Shown here: in pieces, positions 42,369 through 54,360 of the stretch
Layout of the letters: every line of letters starts with the position of its first letter
How positions within the stretch are numbered: position 1 is the first letter of the stretch
Source of the DNA: Octopus vulgaris
Lineage: Eukaryota
NCBI GenBank assembly: GCA_951406725.2
Contig: OX597818.1
Coordinates: 29,326,001-29,390,000, forward strand
DNA: 64,000 nt
Reading direction: 5' to 3'
Translations under genes and position numbers: made by a program
Notes under the pieces: model-generated
What the model saw: the letters and a program-made list of their open reading frames with translations, nothing else
What the model was told of the DNA's origin: nothing
Database searches by the model: none

Positions 42369-43515
42369 GTAAGCATAATTATATTCAGTCCATTCATAAA
42401 ACTATATAAACTTTAAGAGATATTAACTGATACATATAACAGAGAAAATATGAGACAATCTGCTGAGGTTGAAAGTACAAATCAATGGTTGATGCAAGGT
42501 CCCAAATAAAAAAACACAGTAACACATAAAATACTACTTTGGAAATTACCATAACAGATAAGAAACAGATAAGGTTTGGAAATGGTGAATTTAGAGAAAA
42601 GAACAAACTCTTTGACTTAGTCATTCAGTATCTGACCAGGTAGATGCTAAGGAAACTGGACTTACACGAATAGGTTGTGTGAGTCATACAAGCCTTGTGC
42701 AGAATCATTGTGGGTAAGGTCAGCAAATAGCAATGAATTTAGTATGCATATGGAATTTTTCAGGACTCAGTGCTCAGCCTTCCTGCTTATTTAGGCCACT
42801 AAAGTATGAAAGAGGTATTCTCAACAACTCACCTTGGAAACTAATACTAATGACTCTGTTGAACAATTATTCTTTTACTTGTTGCATTCATTTGACTTTA
42901 GTCAGAGAGTGGAGGTAAGGGAGCTTTATATAGTACCAAAGACTTGATGGTCCAGCCTCACCGAAATGAGATGATATGAGAGTATTATGATATGTGGATC
43001 AAGCCAAGGTGTGTTGTGATAGCAAAGATAAACTGGTTTTAATTATGATCGCTGGACAAACCTATGCTAGCATTGACAGTGGTTGATCAATGAGAATGAT
43101 GATAAGATAAATTAAGCAAAGAGTTAGCAATTATTTAGGCCAATTTTCCTTTGAATACAAAGCACAGTGTTATATAACCTACATAAAACAAAAGTTTACA
43201 AATGTGTATTTTGCATTACATGTAAACATAGATTTTCATGTGTATGAACAATTTTTACCTTTATTAATCTTCAGTTGTACTTCACTATACCACTCAATGT
43301 CTTTTATTCTATTGTTTTTTTTCTGTTAATTTGGTAATGATAATCTGAGCTAAATGAAGAAAATAATATTATATTACTAATCCCTGCTTATACAACTTTG
43401 AATGTATATGTGTATGAGAGAGTGAATGTTTTTCATTAATATTTGTTCTGATACTTTGAATATATCCTCAATATATTTTAAATGTTATCTATAATCATGT
43501 CATCATTTTTTAAAT

Positions 43516-43566
43516 TTGTGGTCAATCTTTATCCTAAAGACAATACAAGTAAGAAGAAACCTGCTG
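43516..43566 (+). pseudogene. Degenerate array exon D (acceptor AG->AT); possible 27-nt exon 43540-43566 DNTSKKKPA
   Basis: Homologous to the 51-nt exon (NLYPKDN..); donor GTAAGC intact; internal ctttatcctaaAG in phase. Confidence 0.65.
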
Positions 43567-45293
43567 GTAAGCATGATTATGTTCAGTTCATTAATATAAC
43601 TAACAAGAGTTTGAGAGGTTTTAACTAACATATATGACAAAAATTATGTTTCTATGATTATAACAGTAGATTATAACAACCTTTACTGAACCATATGCTG
43701 AACTCTATAGATTAGATAAGTGGCTGGTGCAAGGTGACACACACTGAGACAATATTATAGGTAGCACCATAACAAGTGAAAGACTTGTAGAAAGGAGGCA
43801 TTAAGGAAAATATCAAACAACTAGAGAAGCCAAATTGTGGCTATACATAGCAAAGGGAAGGGCAAAAAAAGCAGAAGTTTGCATGTATTATGCAAGATGA
43901 GGATCAAACATGCAAGTCCATCCAAATTGGCTGACAGTCTGCAAGAGAGAAGAGGCATTCTATAAATATATAGATTAACAATGGCTTCCTCAGTCTTACT
44001 GATACCAAAGTAAAGACTGAATTTATTCCTAGTAGAAGTAGAAGGTCTAACAGCATTCCAGTTTTACAGTTTCATGACAGTGCAATTAAAGAATGAAAAG
44101 GTAGGAAATGTAGCTGCTCTCTTGAGACTAGATATTTAGAGGTTTAGAATATCCATGGGTTATTGGAAAGTTGATTAAGTATAGTATCAATCTGGATATG
44201 ACAAGAAGCTGTATCATTGAGCTCATATTCCAAATGAAATATATACAAGAGGTACTTAGCTTTGAGTAAGCTCCAATACCAAGCATTTGTGAATTTGGAG
44301 AAAGGAACAAACCCTTTGACTTAGTCATTTAGTATCTAACCTGGTAGATGCTAAGGAAACAGGACATATATGAATAGGTTGTGTGAGCCATACAAGCCTT
44401 GTGCAGAATCATTATGGGCAAGGTGAGTAATAACAATGGATTTAGTGTGCATATAGGGTTTATCAGATCTCAGTGCTCAACCTTCCTGCTTATTTAGGCC
44501 TCCAAACTATGAAAGAGGTATTCTCAACAACAAACCTTGGAAATTAATACTAATGACTCTGTTGAACAATTATCCTCCTACTTGTTGCATTCGTTTGACT
44601 GCAGCCATGCTGGTACACTGCCTTTTAGTCAAAGAGTGGAGGTAAGGGAGCTTTATATAGTACCAAAGACTTGAAGGTCCAACCTCAGAAACTACACCAA
44701 AATGAGATGATATGGGAGAATTATGATGTGGATGAAGCCAAGGTGTGCTGTGATTGCAAAGAGGAACTGATTTTAATCATGATCACTTGACAAACCTTTG
44801 CAGGGCATCAACAGTAGTTGATCAATGATGATGCTGATGATGACAAAATGCTGACTAATGATGACAAAATGAATTAAGCAAAGAGTTAGCAAATATTGAT
44901 CAATTTTTCTTTGACTAGGGACAACAGTGTAATATAACCTACATAAAACAAAAGTTTATAAATGTGCATTTTGCATTATATATAAAATTTACTCATATAG
45001 ATTTTGGAATGTATATCAACAATTTTTACGTTTATTAATCCTTAATTGTACTTCATTATCCCACTCAATATTTTTCATTGTTTGTTTTGTTTTAATTTGG
45101 TAATGATAATCTGAGCTAAATGGGGGAAATAATGTAACTTTCCTATTTCCTACATATACAGCACTGAGTATATTTGTGTATGAAGGAGTGAATGTTTCAC
45201 ATTGATATTTGTTCTGATACTTTCAATGCTTCATAAATATATTTTGAATATTATCTATAGTCATATGTCATTTATTTTTTTAACTCTTTAATT

Positions 45294-45344
45294 TAGTGTA
45301 TAATTTTTATCTTAAAGACAATACAAGTAGGAAGAAGCCTGCTG
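45294..45344 (+). pseudogene. Dead array exon E
   Basis: Homologous to D; ancestral acceptor lost and donor GT->AT (gctg/ataaac). Confidence 0.7.
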
Positions 45345-46186
45345 ATAAACATGATTATGTTCAGTTCATTAATATAACTAACAAGAGTTCAAGAGGTATT
45401 AACTAACATATATGACAATATATATGACAAAAATTATATATCTAAGACAGATTATACCAGAAGATTATCTGCAGTATTTATGGCACTATGTACTGAACTC
45501 TGTAGATTAGATAAGTAATGGTGCAAGGTGGCACACACTGAGACAATATTATAGGTAGCATCATAACAAGTGAAAGACTTGTAGAAAGAAGGCAATGGGG
45601 AAAATATCAAACAACTAAAGAGAAGCTAAACGTTGGCTATACATAGCACAAGGAAAGACAAAATAACAAAAGTTGGCATATATTGTGCAAGATGAGGATC
45701 AGTCATGCAAGTCCATCCAAATTGACTGACTGTTTGCAAGAGAGAAGAGACACTGGATAGATGTATAGAATAACAATGTCTTCCTCAGTCTTACTAATGC
45801 CAAAAGTAAAGAGAGTAAGTTTATTCCAAATAGAAGCAGAAGAGCTACCAGCATTCCAGTTTTACATGCACAGACGCAATTATTGAAGTACTAAATGGCA
45901 CGTCAAATGATATTTAATCGTGTGGAACATTTTACATGCATATCAATATTCTAAAGTTGGACCTACTATCCCTTATCCTAAAGCTGCTTCAGACAATTAG
46001 GAAGGGTTCCCGACTCGTTTCACCGTCTGCTTTCAATCTTGGATTGTGATTCGGCTCAGCCCAAACTCTCTCAGATTTTGTCTGCTGTTGCCTACTCCTA
46101 CAAGGATTGCAGCTGTTTTTTGTTCCTGATTTAACTCAGATTTGTCCTAGAGCCCATAGAAGATTGTTTTTGGTCAACCATCTATC

Positions 46187-47356
46187 ATGTCAGCTACCTA
46201 CAGATCGAAACTGAGATCTGCAAGAAGGGCTTCTCATCAAGATGATGGTCCTACCAATAGTCAGCTCAACGAGCAGTTGCTGTTGCTCAAACAAGAGGTC
46301 GAGCACCTAAAGTCTGTTGTTGCTCTTTTACTGAATAAACAGTCTCCTATTGATGCAGAGCCACCCTTGATTTCTTCCCTGGAGACATCCAAACCGAAGG
46401 GAACAAAATCGAAGCGGCCAAAGAAGGCGAAGGAACCGGCGGTCGTTTCTGCACATGATCGTTCCTGTGCGGATTCTTCCTCATCTGCCTTTTCGGTCCC
46501 GGAGGTTCCCCAACCTAATTTGAGGAGTGTAGACTCAAACCCACCTGAAGACCGTTGTTCTCCCCAAAAGAAGAAACGTAGTCAAAACTCCAGTGGGGCA
46601 GATTTAGCTATGAAACCTGATCACGATAAAATCTGTTTGGATTCTCCCTCACTTGTCCTTCCCATTAATGCCATTGCTCAACCAATTCTGAACGATCTCG
46701 ATGTGAGTTCATCTGGGGAGTGGTGCTCCCCCAAACCGAAGAAGAGGCAGTGCAGTTCCAAACCAGGCAGGAAAGTTATGACCACTAAACCCATTCCGAT
46801 CGACCCCACAGGCCGACATAAGTCTGATGGCTATGAAACCACCCTTTCGAAATCATCCAACGAAGAATCGAATACCGCAGCTCATAGTAGAGAACATTTT
46901 GCCCACTCAAGATCAGCAATAATTTATGGTAAAGCTGAATCCACCTGTGATACAGGCATAAACCGCCTAAAAGAAGACATTAATTTTGTTTCCATTTTAG
47001 TTGGAGAATTGTTCTCTGTCAACGAAAATGTCAGTATCCATAAGGTCGCTCGGCTAGGAAGATTCCAAGCGAACTCAACCTCAGATACTAGACCACGCCC
47101 AATAAGGGTAATCTTTTCTTCCGATCAGGAGGCTTCAACCTTTCTGAACAGAGCTCAGACGCATGTCTGGGAGGACCCCAATATGGGTTTTCGCGAGGAA
47201 TACTCACTGAGAGAGAGAATTCGCTGGAGAAACCTAATATCCGAACTAAAGATGACAAAACAGATGGGAGAGAAGGGTTTACGCATCCAAGACGGACAAA
47301 TAATCAAGTCCTACCTCTGGTCGCATGCTGTAGTGCTGACAGGGAAAGTGAATTGA
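46187..47356 (+). CDS. LINE ORF1 protein (389 aa)
   Basis: N-terminal coiled-coil-like segment; C-terminal AIIYGKAES..RLGR..RPRPIRVIF typical of CR1/L2 ORF1. Confidence 0.85.
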   Translation: MSATYRSKLRSARRASHQDDGPTNSQLNEQLLLLKQEVEHLKSVVALLLNKQSPIDAEPPLISSLETSKPKGTKSKRPKKAKEPAVVSAHDRSCADSSSSAFSVPEVPQPNLRSVDSNPPEDRCSPQKKKRSQNSSGADLAMKPDHDKICLDSPSLVLPINAIAQPILNDLDVSSSGEWCSPKPKKRQCSSKPGRKVMTTKPIPIDPTGRHKSDGYETTLSKSSNEESNTAAHSREHFAHSRSAIIYGKAESTCDTGINRLKEDINFVSILVGELFSVNENVSIHKVARLGRFQANSTSDTRPRPIRVIFSSDQEASTFLNRAQTHVWEDPNMGFREEYSLRERIRWRNLISELKMTKQMGEKGLRIQDGQIIKSYLWSHAVVLTGKVN

Positions 47357-50242
47357 GGGCAAATCGAAGTGAAGTAGATACCCCCGTCAACGATGCTATC
47401 TCTGATACCCCTTATTCTGCTTGTTCCCCAACTCCCGCCCCTCAAACTTCACAGCTCAGCATCGTCTATACCAACTCGTGCTCCTTATTTCCAAACTTCA
47501 GCGAACTATTTACACTGGCCATACGTGACTCCCCTGATGTGATAGCTATCACCGAGACTTGGCTGACTCCAGCAGTAAAGGACTCAGAAATCCACCTACA
47601 GGGCTACGTCCTCTTCAGATGTGACAGAGAAAAAAAGGCGAGTTGGAGGTGTTGCTGTGTATGTTAAATCTGATCACAAACCGTCCAGCGGTATTCTACC
47701 CACTAATGCTCAACCTACAACAAAATTCGATGCCGTCTATTGCAAGCTGAACCTATCCGAGTTTTGCCTGCCCGTGTTAGCTGTTTACAGGCCGCCTCTT
47801 GCCGACCCCCAGGACGATGCTCATTTACTCGAAGCGATAAGATTCGTTTCAGCTTCGCATGACTGTTTGATACTAGGAGACTTCAACGCTCCCACGATCG
47901 ATTGGCCCGCATCAATTTGTACAACATCTTCCCGGTTCGACCAGGCCCTTCTTGGCATGGCTGAAGATTGTTTTCTATCGCAACATGTTGAATATCCGAC
48001 AAGGCATCGGTCTGGGCAGCAGCCATCTATGCTGGATCTGGTATTCTCCCGCTATCCAAGATCAGTGTCAGACGTATCTGTGTGCGCCCCTCTTGCCAAG
48101 AGTGATCATGCGGTCCTGAAGTTCATCATGCACACAACTTTTTCTACGCCCACGACTACTTCGCTGCCACGTGGAGTCTTCTCTGCAATTAATCTTGAAA
48201 TTCTAACCGAGGCTTCCGCGCTTCTGGACTGGCGATCCCTGATGACGCTGTCCTCAGTTGACGAACTATGGTCATCCCTCAAAGCATATGTAATCTGGTT
48301 GACTGACCAGGCAGTTCCCGTTGGGCTTCCCATGAAGAAGAAACACAAGCCCTGGGTGACAAAGAAGGTTAAACGAGAACTTCGACTCAGAGATATTGCT
48401 TGGGCTGAATTCAAAAATCTGGATTCGACTGCAGCTTTTGAGGTGTACAAAACTCAACGAGACCGAGCCGTGAAAATTGAAAAGGAAGAACGCTTCAGTT
48501 ATGAATACAAAATCGCGGCAAATGCCAGTAGCAATCCAAAAACCTTCTTTGCCCATGTCCAATGGAATTCCCGCTTGAACAACCAGATTGCAACGTTGGT
48601 AGACTCAACAGGCGTATCGATTGAGGACCCTTATCAACAGAGTCAATTATTTGCTGAGGCTTTTTCAACTATTTTCAAACAAGATGATGGTCGTGAACCC
48701 CCTCCATTTGATAGATCGGTACCTCCAATGCTTCAATTGGTCATCACGCGGGACGAAGTCAAACGTGTTATTCAAGGCCTCGATGTCAACAAGGGTCATG
48801 GCCCTGACGGCATACACCCACAGGTTATCAAAGCATTGGCTCCAGTCATCTGCGAGCCCTTAACACATCTATTCAATATGTCATTGGCGACGGGTGTTAT
48901 ACCTGCGGACTGGAGAACAGCGATAATCTGCCCAATTTTCAAGAAAGGGAGCCGCGAAGACCCGCTTAACTACCGACCGGTTTCCCTTACATCAATAATC
49001 AGCAAGATGTTCGAAACCATCCTGAAGAAAAGTATGATGCTCCACCTCCAAAACACAGCCTCTATCTCTGATTCCCAACACGGCTTCGTGCCGAAGAGAT
49101 CATGCTTGACCAACTTACTGGTAATGGAAAAATTGGTGATGCGCATCCTCGATGATAGTGATGCTGTTGACATCGTTTTATTGGACTTTGCCCAAGCTTT
49201 TGACTCGGTAAACCACCGCCTATTACTTGTCAAGCTTCAAGCATATAGTTTCCATCCGGATATTGTACGATGGGTTGGTGCCTTCCTCTCAGATCGCTCC
49301 TTCCAAGTCCAAGTTAATGGTTCGCGGTCCGACGTCTCCAGTGCGAGCAGTGGCGTGCCTCAAGGTTCAGTGCTTGGGCCCTTATTGTTCTTAGTCTTCA
49401 TAAATGACTTGCCCGACGACCTCACGCAACACACCCTTCTATTTGCCGACGATATCAAACTGGTCGCTCCTCGCGGTGATATAGAGGATCTTCGTCGATG
49501 CCTCCACCAAATTTGGAGGTGGTCTAACGAATGGGACCTGTGTCTGAACGTGTCAAAGTGCTGTCATCTGCCTATTGGCTCTCCTCCTGCAACGCAACTT
49601 GATTTCGAGCCGGGTCGTCTGCTGCTGGAGAGGACTGATCAGATAAAGGACCTGGGTATCTTGGTGGATTCCTCATTTTCGCCTTCGGCCCAGTGCGTCC
49701 ATGCTGCCAACAAAGCACGCGGAATTCTGTTCTTGATTCGACGGTCATTCGGAATGCTCACAGCAGCCATATTCCTACCACTCTATGTCACGCTGGTGAG
49801 ACCCATATTGGAGTACGGGATTCAAGCATCTTCTCCTTATCTCCTCAAAGACATACAGCATCTCAAAAGAGTCCAGAAGCTGGCTACCCGCATGGTTCAT
49901 GGTCTCAAAAATTTGTCCTATGAAGAAAGGCTGAGGACGCTCGACCTTTATTCTCTAGAAAAACGCCGCCGCCGTGGTGATCTCATTCTCGCCCACAACA
50001 TCATAAGTGGAAAGTGTAACCTCTCGAAAGAGCTGTTCTTCACTCCTGCCCCAGAGCGTCGGCTGCGGGGTCATTCCAATAAGCTCTACCTGCAACGATT
50101 TCATCTCAATCGAAGGAGAGGAGCTTTCTCCGTCCGGGTTGCGGATCCGTGGAATAAGCTGCCAGACGAGATGGTGAAGATGCCGACGACCGCTTTGTTC
50201 AAAGCCTCCCTTGACCTCAAGTGGCCTGAACTCTTTACATGA
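47353..50242 (+). CDS. LINE ORF2 AP-endonuclease/reverse transcriptase, single +1 frameshift at A7 run 47630-47636
   Basis: YTN, ITETWL, GGVAVYV, LGDFN, SDH; NYRPVSLTS, QHGF, GVPQGSVLGPLLF, FADD, YEERL..RRRRGDLI. Confidence 0.92.
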
Positions 50243-51172
50243 ACACCACCCTGTACTTAACTCTATGTCCCCCTACATGGCCTTGCTATTTGCTTTTGAG
50301 CCAAATTAACTAACTAACTAACTAACAGCGTTATAACAGCACAATTGAACAATGTAAAGATAGGGAAAGTAGCTGGTCTCTTGAGACTAAATATATAAAA
50401 ATTTGGAATATCCATGGGTTATTAGAAAGTTGATTAAGAATAGGGTTAACTTGGATATGCCAAGAAGCTGTATCATTGAGATCATATTCCAAATGAAATA
50501 ACTACAAAGAAGTACTTAGCTAGGAGTAAGCTCCTATACCAAGCATTTGTGAATTTGGAGAAAGGGACAAATCCTTTGGCTGAGCCATTCACAATCTGAT
50601 CTGGTAGTTGCTAAGGAAACTGGATTTTGATGAATTGGTTGTGTGAGCCATACAAGCCTTGTGCAGAATCACTGTGAGCAAGGTGAGTGATAGCAATGAA
50701 TTAAGTGTGCATATGGGGGTTTTCAAAACTCAGTGCTCAGCCTTTCCTGTTTCTTTAGGCCTCCAAGCTATATAAGATGTATTTTAGATAGATAACTTTC
50801 AAAACACATGTATGCTGATGATTCTGCTTTTATATCAGAATCTGTAGAAAAACTGGGTCAGATAGAAATTCCAAACATGATAGTAAAATCTGTATTTGAA
50901 GGGCATTAAATTTAATCTAGCAAAATATAGGAAGAAAGACTGGACTCAGATACCATCAGGAAAATGAATGTGCTCTTTATGCTGGAAATGAGCTGGTAGA
51001 AATATCATAAGGTGTTCCCAGTGTAAACAATACATACATACGTTCCTGCTTATACTTCTTTGAATATTTATGTATGTGAGGGAGTGAATGTTTTTCATTA
51101 ATATTAGTTCTGATACTTTCAGCACAGTATTACTATATTTAAATCATCATATCTTTCTTTAATTCCTTAAAG

Positions 51173-51223
51173 ATGTGGAAGAACTTTATGCTAAAGTTAA
51201 CAAACCACGTATGCAAACTGATG
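51173..51223 (+). CDS. Array exon F (51 nt): DVEELYAKVNKPRMQTD
   Basis: ttaattccttaaAG / GTAAGC; closest paralogue of exon C. Confidence 0.85.
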
Positions 51224-52053
51224 GTAAGCATAATTATATTCAGTCCATTCATTAAACTATATAAACTTCAAGAGATATTAACCGATATATATAACACAGA
51301 CAATCTGCTGGGGTTTAAAACCAAAATTAGTGACTGGTGCAAGGTCCCAACTAAAAAAACGCAAAGTGACACATAAAATCCTACTTTGGAAATTACCATA
51401 ACAGATAATAGACAGGTTTGGAGAGAGTGAACGTAAGGGAACATTATATAGTACCAAAGACTAATGAAAGTCCAGCCTCAGAAACTACACCAATATGAGA
51501 TGATAAGAGAGAATTATGATCAGTGGATCAAGCCAAGGTGTGTTGTGACAACCAAGAGGAAATGGTTTTAATTATGATGGCTTGACAAACCCATGACAGT
51601 CTTTGATCAATGTGATGACAATGGGGGCAATGATAATGACAAGATAAATTAAGCAAATAGTTAGCAAATATTTAGGCCATCTTTCCTTTCAATAGAGATG
51701 CCACTGTAATATAACCTACATAACACAAAAATTTATAAATGTGCATTTTGCATTACATGTAAACATAGATTTTCATGCGTATTAACAATTTCTACCTTTA
51801 TTAATCATTAATTGTACTTTATTTTATCACTCAGTGTATTTTCATTCTTTTGTTTTTTCTGTTGATTTGGTTATGATAATCTGAGCTAAATGGAGAAAAT
51901 AATAATATATTACTAATTCCTGCTTATACAACTTTGAATATATATGTGCATAAGAGAGTGAATGTTTTTCATTAATATTTGTTCCGATACTTTCAATACA
52001 TCATTTTAAATGTTATCTAGAATTATATGTCATTATTTTTTAACACCTTAAAT

Positions 52054-52104
52054 TTGTGTTCAATTTTTATCCTAAAGACAATATAACTAGGAAGAAGCCT
52101 GATA
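52054..52104 (+). pseudogene. Degenerate array exon G (acceptor AG->AT); possible 27-nt exon 52078-52104 DNITRKKPD
   Basis: Paralogue of D; GTAAGC donor intact; internal tttttatcctaaAG in phase. Confidence 0.65.
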
Positions 52105-53442
52105 GTAAGCATGATTCAGTTCATTAATATAACTAACAAGAGTTCAAGAGGTATTAACTAACATATATGACAATACATATGACAAAAATTATATATCTAA
52201 GACAGATTATAACAGAAAAAAATCTGCAGCTTTTATGGTACCTCATACTGAACTCTATAGATTAGATAAGTGATGGTGTAAGGTGGCACACAGTGAGACA
52301 ATATTATAGGTAGCATCATAACAAGCGAAAGATTTATAGAAAGGGGGCAATGTGGAAAATATCAAACAACTAAAGAGAAGCTAAATTTTGGCTATACGTA
52401 GCACAAGGAAAGGTAAAATAACAAAAGTTTGCATATATTGTGCAAGATGAGGATCAGTCATGCAAGGCCATCCAAATTGCCAGGCAGTCTGCGAGAGAGA
52501 AGACACACTTTAGATGTATAGAATAACAATGGCTTTCTCATTCTTACTGATGTCAAAAGCAAAGAGTGAATTTATTCCAAGTAGAAGCAGAAGAGCTACC
52601 AGCATTCCAGTGCAATTGAAGAATGAAAAAGTAGGAAATGTAGCTGGTCTCTTGAGAATAGATATTTAGAGATTTACAATATTCATTCGCTATTGAAAAA
52701 TTGATTAAGAATAAGATTAACCTGGATATGCCAAGAAACTGTATCATTGAGCTCATATTCCAAATGAAATAACTACAAATAAGTATTTAGCTAGGTGGAA
52801 GTTCCTATACTAAGCATTTGTGAATTTGGAGAGTAATTTGGACTGAGTAATTCACTATCTGGTCTGGTAGATGCTAAGGAAACCAAACTTACACGAATTA
52901 GTTGTGTGAGCCATAAAAACCGTGTGCAGATTCACTGTGAGTAAGGTGAGCAATCGCAATGAATTTAGTATGCATATAGGTTTTATCAGGACTCAGTGTT
53001 CAGCCTTTCCTGTTTATTTAGGCTCCAAACTATGAAAGATGTATTTTAGACAACCTTGAAACACCTTTATGCTTATGACCTAGTTTTTATAACAGAATCT
53101 GTAGAACAGTTGGGTTAGGCAGAAATTCCAAACATGATAGCAAAATCTGCATTTTAAAGATTTTAAATTGAATCTAGTAAAAACACATTTTTTACCATAT
53201 AGGAAGAAAGACTGAACTCAGATACTATCAGGAAAATGAATGTGCTCTTTATGTAGGAAATGAGCTGGTAGAAATTTCATAAGGTGTTCTTAGTGTAAAC
53301 AATGAATACATAAGTTCCTGCTTATACTTCTTTGTACCTTTATGTATGAGAGGGAGTGAATGTTTTTCATTAATATTAGTTCTGATACTTTCATCACAGC
53401 ATTAATATATTTTAAATAAAATCTTTCTTTAATTCCCTAAAG

Positions 53443-53493
53443 ATGTGAATGACCTTTATGCTAAAGTCAATAAACCAAGCAAGAAAACCTATG
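53443..53493 (+). CDS. Array exon H (51 nt): DVNDLYAKVNKPSKKTY
   Basis: ttaattccctaaAG / GTAATT, phase 1->1. Confidence 0.82.
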
Positions 53494-54315
53494 GTAATTA
53501 TATTCAGTCTATTAAGAAAACTACATAAACTTCAAGAGTTATTAAGTAATACATATATACATATAACACAGAAAACTTGTACTTTTATGGAAGAATCTAT
53601 TGAAGTCTAAAACCAACATCAGTGGCTGATGCTAAGTCCCAACTAAGCATATGTGACATGTGGTGAAGTGCTACTCAGAAATTACAATAACAGCTGAGAA
53701 AATTTGGAAAGAATTAAAGTAAGAGGGGCTTTATGAAGTATTAATGATGTGAAAGGTCAGCCTTAAAAACAACACCAAAATGAAAAAATATGAGAGAATT
53801 ATGATCAGTGGATCAGACCAAGGTGTTTTGTGATAGCAAAAAGGAACTGGTTTTAATTATGATTGCTTCACAAACTCATGCTAGTATGGACAGTGGATAA
53901 ACAATGATGAAGGTTATGGTGGCGATGATAACGATGGTGGTGATAAGATGAATTAAGCAAAGAATTAGCAAATATTTAGCCCCTTTTTCCTTTGAATAGA
54001 AACAAGTTATGTAACCTTATACATGAACAAAAATTCATAATTGTGCATTTTGCATTATTTCTATCATAAGCTTTGCTCTTGTAGATTTTCAAATTTATCT
54101 TTAATATTTTCTACCTTTATTCTTCTTTAATTGTACTTTACACCATTCAGTGGTTTTTTTTTTCTATTAATTTCATAATAGTATTAAGATGTAAATGGAG
54201 AAAATAATATGATATTGTTAATTCCTACTGTTAGTTCTGTTAGTTTCAGCACAATATTAATATATTTTAAATAATATCTATAATTGTATGGGATTTATTT
54301 TTTAATTTCTTAAAG

Positions 54316-54360
54316 GTGTGAATGATCTTAATGTCAATAAACCAAGCAAGAAACCTGAAG
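54316..54360 (+). CDS. Array exon I (45 nt): GVNDLNVNKPSKKPE, tyrosine-less
   Basis: ttaatttcttaaAG / GTAAGC; in-frame 6-nt gap removes the YAK core. Confidence 0.75.

Larger units (their letters stand above)
45867..50324 (+). mobile_element. Near-intact CR1-clade LINE (~4.46 kb)
   Basis: ORF1 + APE-RT ORF2, (TAAC)n 3' tail; boundaries from the paralogous empty site near 44055-44090; possible ACA target duplication; visibly more GC-rich than flanks. Confidence 0.92.

Noticed and set aside
51173-51376. Track ORF MWKNFMLK...
   Set aside because: Wrong frame over array exon F, running into intron
40766-53493. Horizontal transfer of YAKVNK from Helicobacter cagA
   Set aside because: The match is six residues in spliceosomal micro-exons; convergence on an SH2 ligand explains it
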